DNA of 64,000 nucleotides from Lama guanicoe (Eukaryota): positions 434,001-498,000 of the forward strand of contig MU054032.1 in the NCBI GenBank assembly GCA_013239625.1. The letters are read 5' to 3'. The notes under the pieces are model-generated. The model ran no database searches. It was given only the letters and a program-made list of their open reading frames with translations, and was not told where the DNA came from. This document shows positions 37,644-64,000 of the stretch, one piece after another; position 1 is the stretch's first letter, and every line of letters begins with the position of its first letter. Position numbers and translations under genes: made by a program.

Positions 37644-39499
37644 CCTGGTCCCCCCCAATTCAGGGCTCTCTTCCTTTTCTTGCCACCCTTGGTGACTGCT
37701 AGAAAAGAGGAGAACTGTGTCAAATAGGAGTCCTCGACGGAGGTCAAGCTCTTCCTGACTATAGGAGAGGCAGTCCAGCAAGAGGCAGGCCAGAGGGGCA
37801 ATGGCTTTGGAGATGGAGAATCCAAGGGATGAGAATTCTGCCTTGACTGGCTGGCTTGTCAGAAGTCCCACCCAGGCGCTAGCTGTGCACCTGGCCTGGG
37901 TCAGAATGATTCATCCTTGCCTGGCTAATGGAGGAGGGAGGGAGCTGGGGTCAAGTCACCTCACCTCACCTAATGATGACAGGCCAAGGAGGGTGCAGGG
38001 AAAGAACAGCACTGGATTTTATTTCCCCTTCTGAACTGACCTAATTAAAGTTGTGGAAGCAAAATTAAAACTGCCGTTTGTCGTTGTCTGAATAGGCTAA
38101 GAGGAGACTAGGAATAGTGGCCAAGATAAGCTGGTAAGCTATTAAGATTGTGGATAATAAGATACTGGTGACAGAACTTCCCTGAACCTCTCTTCCATGG
38201 GATCTCAGGTGAGGGCTCTGTGAAGTATCAGATCTCTAGATCCCAAGAAATCCTGAGTAAGGAGACTGGTATCACCAGCTTGAGGGCAGTCCCTATACCT
38301 GTCATTTTTTGGTATTCTCTCCCAGCTCACCACCGTTCTCAACCCTAGAGTGGTCACCCTTCCCCTCCATTTCAGAGGAAGAATTCTACAGCTAGACTCT
38401 CCACTTATAGGCCCCCACAAAGGACTAAAGCATTTTGGGGAGGTCAAGGCAATAGAAAGGAGTTAACTTCACAAGGACAAGGGATCTTTCTTTACCCATT
38501 CTATACCCCTTCCACCCTTCCATGGAAAGATCCCACTGACATGAAACCACACCATTCCTCACCCCATAAAGATCCTCTTTATTTATAGACTCTATAAAAG
38601 CTTTTTAAGTCTTCTCTTTCCCAAGAGGGCTCAGGAACGTCAGTCCACTGCCGTGGTTCTAGCCCTCCCCTCTCCCCACCCCCAACCAGACTAGGAGTCC
38701 CTGCTACCACGTGTCTGACCTCCTAAGCCTTTCCTAGGCAGTGTTCAGGCTCCCTCTGCTGTTCAAATAGTAAAACGCCATGCTGTTTCCCCATGAGTAT
38801 AAGGGAATCTTTCCAGTTTCTTTGGCCTTGATCGCCCCTCAACCATCTAATCCATTGCTTCGACTTTGCGTTCAAGGTAAAATGAACCCTAAAATGAACC
38901 GACCAGATCAGAGACGAGAGAATCTGTAAAAGAGGGGTCCTCTTCCCCCAAAGGGAGGTAGTCCCAGAATGATAGAAACAATCAAGGAGAACAGCGGGAA
39001 AAGAAAAGATACAAACTTTTACTAAAAGGGAAATGACCTGGTGAAAAATAAATGGTACCTACCCAAGCCTGATTCACGTTGCAAGTCCCACCAGACACAG
39101 AAAAATCAAACGAGATACCCCTTCCCACCCAGCTCTCCCAGGATTGTTCGATACCTGAGGTAGCTCAGGTGAAGTCCGGGGCTCCTGTGGGTCTCCACCT
39201 CCACATCACTGCTGGGTTCTGAACAGGAGAAAAACAGAGACTTGGGTGGGAGAAGGGGTAAGAATGGAGGACTAGCGAGTGGTTGTTACAAGACTGAAGT
39301 CTGACAAAAAGGCAAGAGCTCTGGGAACTTCAAGAATTCCTTAGGGTTCAAATTGAACTTCACTTGTCAAGGGGAAAAGTTGCCAGCAAGAAGAGTAAGG
39401 GGTAGAACCAATTTGGAGAGCCTAGGAGAATGGGTTTGAAAACCAGCCTCAAGTGAACAAAGGGTGAGGGGCGCCCTGCCTCAAGATGAAGGAGGCTGT

Positions 39500-40450
39500 G
39501 GGGATCAGGGCTCGACCTAGGGTTGGTATTAGGAACTCTGAACAGCGAGCCGTGCAAGGGCAGCGACTGACAGTGCAGTGGGATGGCGGATTAGACTCGG
39601 GGGCGGTGATTATGACGCTTCGCAACACCCCAGAGTTAGCGAAAAAAGTCAAGGAGTTTCCTGCAGCAAGTCTTACAGCCTGGCAGGCTCTCGTTCAGTG
39701 CCGCCGGGGCTCAGCCGGGGACCAGGTGAATAGGACACTGTGGGAATACGAACTGAAGCGGGGAGGGGGCTCCAGGTGACATCAAGCTGAGGGGATGGGC
39801 AGGGCTGTGACGTCACGGAGCTGGCGTTTGCTCGCGAAGCGGGGTCAATCAGAAAAGAGGTTCGGCCCTGAGACGTGAAGAAGAACCAACTCGGCCCCGG
39901 GGGGCCTTGTGTAGCCCGGCTGAGACCAGCCGCTGGGCCGGCCCCGACTCCTCCCCTCCGGGCGCGGTCTCCACCTAAGTCTCCCGCCTCCCTCACCTGC
40001 CGCCGCCGCCGTAGTTGCTGCTGCCGCCTGCCGGTCCTCTAGCTTCGACAAAGAGCCGCCTACCCTATCGTCCTTCCGCTTCCTGCGGAAGAAAAGACGC
40101 TCTAGCCAGCAGACCCGGAACTATACTCTATGGTGTGCAAAGTACTTGCGCGACTTGCCGCAGGAAGTTCCCAGGAAGCTTTGCGTGTCACCATGGCAAC
40201 CCGATAAAACAGCACAGCAAAGTACCCAAAAAGCGGGAATTTAGCTGAGACACCACTGACCTCTATGCCCCCAAAATCAACCTGAAAGCTGTCCCTGGCG
40301 TGTATAACTCCCCTCTCCAGGAAAGGCCACTCAATACTCTGGCAGCTCCGAGGGACGGGAACCAGATGTTGGTCAGGGGCGGGGCCCACACCCGCGACAG
40401 ACGCCTATACAGCTCGCTTGACATCCTGTACAGCTCGGGGTAGAGGCCGA
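39500..40450 (-). promoter_or_regulatory. ZC3H10 CpG island/promoter with RFX X-box, ETS and CRE motifs
   Basis: GTTGCCATGGTGAC on the minus strand at 40187-40200 (X-box). Several (C)CGGAA/GGAAG ETS cores at 40070-40180. TGACGTCA at 39808-39815. GC box near 40376-40386. Confidence 0.72.
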
Positions 40451-40549
40451 CTGTACTGATAAAAACTTCCCAATGGAACAACAACAACAAAAAACCACGT
40501 AACAGACAAGACGATTTTTTTCCTTCAGCTAAAACAGCAGAAGAGATGG

Positions 40550-40555
40550 TTTATT
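40550..40555 (-). terminator. RPL41 polyadenylation signal AATAAA
   Basis: tttatt about 270 nt downstream of the stop codon. Confidence 0.8.
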
Positions 40556-40821
40556 GTACACGTGTTACATTCAGCCACAACTGAGAACAGAACTAGTCCA
40601 GAATATCACAGGTCCAGGGCAAAGGACCAAAAGGGCCCATTTTGATATGAGCAAGATGGGTCTCTTAAAAAGTGGTCGAGGCGATCAGAATGGCGGTAGA
40701 TGTTCCAGATCCACTGGGATAAGTTCTGGACAGTAGACATGCAGTCCAACATTATCTAACAGCGTCCCTGGCCTCTGGCTTTCCTTGCTTCTGCTCCTGT
40801 GGCTTCCATGGATGTACAAGT

Positions 40822-41571
40822 TCACTTGGACCTCTGTCTCATCTTTCTTCTTTTGCGCTTCAGCCTGAAAAATCAAACATGAGAATACACTTCCTGCCCA
40901 CAAGTCCGAGGTTCAGTCTTTCCCTCCCATCTAAAATGTGCACACAATACACGGAATGGGTAAAAATCAACAAACACTACGGCTCTATTAGCTTGTGTCC
41001 AATCCCTGGCTTTGGCAAGTCAATGCTCATAACGTTTTTCACTTAAAAAAGATGCTTCAGATTTCTAAACCAAATGTTTCTCCCAAGTTCTGTCCAAGGA
41101 GTGCTCCACTTCCCCTATCCTGCAAAGTCTCAGCGTACCTGCGCATTCGCTTCTTCCTCCACTGGCAACCGATCATAACCAGAAACAAAGATTAAAACAA
41201 GAGATTATTAGTTTCAGTAGCAAGCTAGGTAGGGTTACGAAGAGCATCATTTAAAACCTGGCAAGTTCTTGACCAAGTATGAAGGCACAGTTGCAGTCAT
41301 CACATAAACAATCCAGACTCCCAGCCGGGTCTCCAACGTAAAACCCCGAATTCCGCATGCTCTCTTCTACTCCCGCCCTCTCTTCCACATTTACCCACCA
41401 CCTCCGCTGCTTCTCCCCAAACTATCCTCCCTCTCCCACTAGCCCTTGGGCACCCTTGAGAACCCAATGATCTGGGAATGATGGCGAACTTCCCTTGCCT
41501 GGGTCTTCGCCGCAATCGCCAATTCCTACAGCCTTAGCTTACTGGCAGGGACTGCTTACCTTCGCTCTCAT
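40822..41571 (-). CDS. RPL41: Ribosomal protein L41 (eL41/eS32), 25 aa
   Basis: Coding pieces 41560-41571, 41139-41161 and 40822-40864 total 78 nt and give [25 protein letters not shown]. Non-coding exon 1 runs 41699-~41746 and exon 2 starts at 41584. Confidence 0.97.
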
Positions 41572-41698
41572 TGCGAGGAGGCTTCTACGGGTAAAGAAAA
41601 AAAGGCTACGGTTAGTTTGCTGTAATGATGGTAAGTGCAGAAACGAGATGTTAATGGATTGTACTCGGAATCCGCACACAGCCAAAACCGACACTCAC

Positions 41699-42045
41699 CT
41701 CAGAAGATGGCGCTAAGGCCGAGAGAGCGCGGAAGGCACGCCTACGGATATTTAAGGGAACATTCAGTGTCGTCACTTCCGGTAGCTCGCCCTGCCCCCG
41801 GGGCGGGGCTGCCCTGGGCCAGTAAAGGTAGTTTTCGGTCCTTCTCTGGTACCTGATAAGTGATTGAGTTAGGAGAGTTCTCTTGGAAAACAGTATTTTG
41901 AGTTACAAAATCCCCCTTTCCCCAGTTTTATTATGAATTATTTAAATATGAGCACAGTGTTTCCAATAAGAGACAAAAATGCAGACCAGCAAAGATAGCG
42001 ACTTCCGCTTTCCCTCATTGCTTCATGGGAATTGCAGTTTCCTGG
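41699..42045 (-). promoter_or_regulatory. RPL41 promoter: pyrimidine-rich start, YY1, TATA-like, ETS/GABP, GC box, ZNF143-like
   Basis: CCTTCCGCGCTCTCTC start region. CGCCATCTT (YY1) at 41704-41712, TTAAATA at 41749-41755, CACTTCCGGT at 41774-41783, GGGGCGGGG near 41800-41808, TGGGAATTGCAGTTT at 42026-42040. Confidence 0.75.
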
Positions 42046-42894
42046 CGACACCCTCCATTTTACTGCGGGTTGAATGAAGTTTTGGATACATGGATAGGTG
42101 CGGACTGTACAAAAATTCCTGATTTGTTGTATTGGTTTGCTTTATTTTCTATCTAAATTGCTGCAAGGAGAATCGATCTCGGAACTTCCAAAGGTCCTAA
42201 GATTCCAGAACATGGAAGAATGTTAAGTGGGGACTTGAGAAAACTGTCATAATACAAAGAGAACTTTGTCGCTGAAATTGATCAGCTCTTTTCCTAGCCA
42301 ACTCTGATCTTTTCCCACAACGCCAGAGGCAGAATGTCACTAGACTCCTGGCCACAATGCGTCTTGTTCAGAAAACACTTCAGTGATACTCCCTCTACAT
42401 AGGGTGAGAATCAAATCAATGGACAGAGGAGAAGCAAGACTGGCTAGACATTTTAGGAGAATATTTGTTGGTAAGATAACATTCCCAGTCTCATGATATG
42501 GTCAGGTCAGAAGCACCCAGAAAACAGACACCCAAAGACTTGACTACAGGGACCTTGAATTATGAAGGATGAAAGAGCACCCTTAATCATAGAGGCTTCA
42601 CCTTATTCACTGCAAGATATTTTAAGGCTTGTTATAGTCCCTCCTTTTTTAATGGTTTTCCTTTATAACATTTCACCTTTTTAACTCTGGCAAGTTTCTA
42701 AATTTAGAGCCCTTGTTCCAAGTGCTTAAGTGGTTCTAGTACTGTCACCACCAGAATCTACCAAGCTTTTGAAAACAAAAAATAAAAACCGAGCCAAATT
42801 ATTCTGTATCATATCCACCAAGATTGCACCTGTTGATTGCCCCCTAGTCTGTAAACTCTTATGAAGGAATCTTTGTTCAGCTTTATTCAGCACA

Positions 42895-43097
42895 GGGGAG
42901 TGGGTCTATATGATACTCAGTGGTAGAGTGCATGTATCTTTATTCATTCATTCACTCATTAATTTATTGGGGTGGGTGGGTTAGATTTATTTTTATAAGA
43001 GGTACTGGGGATTGAACCCAAGACCTCTGGTATGCTAATCATGCACTCTACTACTACAGCTACAACTCCCCAGCTCCCAGTACCTCCATTAAAAAAA
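42895..43097. mobile_element. Nested pair of Vic-1-like SINEs (minus-strand copy inside a plus-strand copy)
   Basis: Plus-strand head 42895-42945 (ctcagtggtagagtgcatg), minus-strand copy ~42948-43071, plus-strand tail 43074-43097 (ctcccagtacctccattaaaaaaa). Confidence 0.75.
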
Positions 43098-43515
43098 TTT
43101 TGCTCAGTATAGTATCTTCAGCTCAGCAATGCCTCATATTAAAATGCTCTAATTACGCATCTACTCTTAAACTGGCTGTGAAAAATTGCGTAATACTAAA
43201 GGCGTTCTTCCTGGCTTCCTAAATCAAGATAAACACTTCTTTGCAATAAACATTGTATCCTTGAGCAAAGTGTCAGCAGCAAGGGATGTTTTTACTTTAG
43301 AAAAATCAAACTCCCATAGAAAATTGACTCTTAATTCAGAGAACCCAATCCAAGATATTCCTTATTTTAGAAAGGCAGTAGATGGCTATAGAAAACCAGT
43401 TCCAAATGATCACCAAAAAAACCCAAAACAAACATTCTAAATGATCACTCATATCTCCCCCACCACATCAAAAAACAGCAGCACACAAAGGCACATGATT
43501 ATGAGCAAATCCAAA

Positions 43516-43526
43516 TTTATTTTAAT
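43516..43526 (-). terminator. PA2G4 distal polyA signal (ATTAAA overlapping AATAAA)
   Basis: tttattttaat on the + strand. A proximal AATAAA also occurs at 44330-44335. Confidence 0.7.
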
Positions 43527-44579
43527 GCCATGTCATTTTCAATATGTTTAAAAACCTCATAAATTAGCGGGAGCCCTAAGTTCCCTGGGACAGCATGCCA
43601 GAGGTACTGAAATTTGTCACCCTTCTCTCCAAACCCCTAGCAATTCATCCAATCCAAGTCCACAGCTTCAGAAAGCCAACACAGCTTCAGAAAGCCAGTT
43701 TTGTCTCTTCAGTCTGCTCCTCTGGTTCCTGGTCTTTCTTTCAAGGAAGGGAGGTCAAAATAATTCAAACAGGAAATAAAACCACAGTTGAGCTTCCAGC
43801 TCAGGATTCTAGGATGGAGCAAGGGAAGAATCCCACTGACTCCAAAGAAATGGACATGGTTGAGATGAATTACTTCTTTACAGCTTTGTGAGGAGGAGAA
43901 AGAAAATGAGTCCTGCAGAACAAAATTGACTACAAAGATTTACAAATGAGGATCCATTTGATTGATGAGAATCCCTTAGTAAATGCAGGCTCCAGCTCCT
44001 AAAAATGGGAGGGGCCTGAATAGACAGCCTGGGTCATAAAAGGAATCTGGCATGTGGCAAAAAAACAATCTGAAGAATAGCCCCTCTTTATACCGAGGCC
44101 TAATAAAATACATGGGGGGAGAAATGGGAAGAGAGAGCAACAAGTCCCAACAGATGGGAAAACGCTGACACTGGAGTGGTATAAAAAAATTTCAGCTGAG
44201 TTTCTAGTGGTGGTGGCTACTTTAGCCTCCTTCCCATTCTGTTGTAGGGCCATGAACATCGACCAAGCAGAGAAAAGTAGAAAAAGGCTAGAAAGAGGGG
44301 CTTGAAGACGATGGATTTTGACTCCTGATTTTATTATTCAATTTCTCTTTTCTATTTAAAGTAGTCTTCGGTGGCTGGGAAGCCTGGCCTCCCAAAACCA
44401 GAGTCAGTTGGAGCTGGTTGTTGTTGGAAGGGGGTGGGTTGGGGGACTGGGATGAGGACAGGGAGACCCCGCTCTGCTGGCGGTCCTGGGTGGTGAAGAC
44501 GAACTGCACTTCACAGAGCCTGGGGTGAGGTGGGAAGGGGATGAGGCAGGAGTGGCAAGCTGGGGAGATGGGACCCACC

Positions 44580-51800
<7,221 letters not shown>

Positions 51801-52275
51801 GAGCAGCCAGACCCGTGAGGGATTATCCATTTACAACCTCCCAGTCTAGAGGCCGGACTCCCACTGAAGATGGCACTATTGTTCCAACAACAGGATTTGA
51901 TGGCACCAAAGGGAACTGTTCAGAGACTTTTGAGAATGAGAGTTCTGAAACTGATGAGCGTTTCAGTGTTCCATCTCTTAGAGCTTTATCCAACTTCCTC
52001 AAACGTGTTGTTTTTGTTTGTTATTCCCAGTTGGTAGCCCTATGGAGATTTCCAATAAAACTCTAAAATGAAAAGGATTTTGCCCTATGACTGTCTTAAG
52101 GGGATATAAGTGAAAGTATGGAGGAAACTACATGGGGCCGAGTAGGACTGTCAGAAGACAGAGAAGGCAGCATGCGGTGCTAGCTGTCCACTGCTGAGGA
52201 ACAGAGAAGAGGGAAGGTCTACCTCACACTAAGGGTTTTCATTTGACAGACAGGAAGCTGCAAAACTTTGGCATT

Positions 52276-52281
52276 TTTATT
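52276..52281 (-). terminator. ERBB3 polyadenylation signal AATAAA
   Basis: tttatt about 1.1 kb downstream of the ERBB3 stop. Confidence 0.7.
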
Positions 52282-52689
52282 CAGACATGTATAAAAACAA
52301 AACAAAAAACTTCAGGGATAACAACAGATACCCCCAGTTTCCCATCCAAGGAGGCAGAAGTCTGAAGCTGCTGGGTCCTCTTTGTATCCCAACTGGAAGC
52401 TTCCCACCACTGGGTGAGAATAGCTCCCAAAAGTAGCTCGGGGAACCCTTGTGAATCTGTCCCTTGGGTAAGAAGTGGAGATTATATAGGACACATAGGT
52501 TATGGTTTACATGAAGATGGCCAGTTCTTTCTCCTTCTCACCACCCCCTGACTCCCACTTCCCAAGATGAGAAGCCCGGGTGTGGCAGGAGGCTGTGGTT
52601 GTCGGAGTTAGACTTGATTCAGTGCAAAAACAAGAAGACAATGCCCCTTAAAAGGGCTCTGACTTATGTAAGTTTTCCTTGGTACTTTT

Positions 52690-52882
52690 AAGAGCACATG
52701 CATTGGAAGATTTTGAATCCTGGACCTGCCACTTAATTTACTTAATCTCTTTAAGGCTCAGTTTCCTTATTTGTAAAAATGGGATAATACCTAGCTCACA
52801 GAATTGCTGTCAAGGACTGAGATAATGTAGATAAAGTTTAGCATGATGCTTGGCACATAGTAAACGCTCAATTAATAGTAAT
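52690..52882 (+). mobile_element. MIR SINE within the ERBB3 3' UTR (antisense to the mRNA)
   Basis: tttgaatcctgg...ctcagtttccttatttgtaaaaatgggataatacctagctcacagaattgctg...ggcacatagtaaacgctcaat. Confidence 0.82.
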
Positions 52883-53385
52883 CATGATCATCTGCTCCCA
52901 AACTCTTCACACAATTTTAAGCTTTTCATTTTTTCTAAGGAGTTGAGTCATAAGCCAAAATTTTACTTTCCTCTGCCAGGTTACCCCCTTTCCTCTTTCG
53001 TAAAAGCCTAGTGGGAAACTAAGGCACACTTTAAAGCCTAGTCTCAACAGGTCAGGGTCTGAGAGAAAGGGACATGGGGAGTAATCCTTCATATCTCCAG
53101 GGAGTTCCCCTGAGGAAGCTGAGGAATGGGATTGGGAAAGCACACAAAATAGGGAAAACCGTTTCCTTTCCTGAGACTGGGAAAGAGAAGAAAGTGCACA
53201 GCTGGCTACATATCACAAGAATTTCATGTCCGAGTGTTTAAGGCCTCCAAAGGTTGAATGGAATTGTCAAGGACTAGGGCAGAGGGGCTAAGACCTGTGA
53301 GGGAGAGGGACTAAGGAGAACAGGGTTACCCTCTAGAGGAACTAGCTGCCATCAAATGCTCCCTGAGTACCTCAGACAGCAGGGG

Positions 53386-64000
<10,615 letters not shown>

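Noticed and set aside
37644..37871. 76-aa N-terminal extension of ZC3H10 in the ORF track (511 aa)
   Set aside because: It starts at a non-ATG codon inside the intron, upstream of the acceptor at 37695/37698. The real start is the ATG at 37643.

Overview
This window is mammalian genomic DNA, not prokaryotic. It is probably camelid, inferred from about 9 copies of a tRNA-derived SINE resembling Vic-1, and it matches the gene order of human 12q13.2 as I recall it. Seven intron-containing genes lie head-to-tail, all on the minus strand. From left to right they are MYL6 (last exon runs off the window start), MYL6B, ESYT1 (31 coding exons), ZC3H10 (one coding exon), RPL41 (25 aa, absent from the ORF track), PA2G4/EBP1 (13 exons) and ERBB3 (exon 4 partial through exon 28). 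I traced every coding exon to GT-AG boundaries, and the exon lengths keep frame. The window also holds an RPS20 processed pseudogene, several CpG-island promoters (one with no adjacent coding exon), and L1, L2, L3, MIR, LTR and SINE repeats. I found no new biological system. The best leads are modest: an orphan CpG-island promoter, phase-compatible read-through options (ERBB3-PA2G4, MYL6B-MYL6), a non-stop trap for MYL6B exon 6 skipping, an unexplained 94-bp tandem duplication, and a tail-to-tail L1 inverted pair. Comparisons with human proteins and repeat family names come from memory and need database confirmation.
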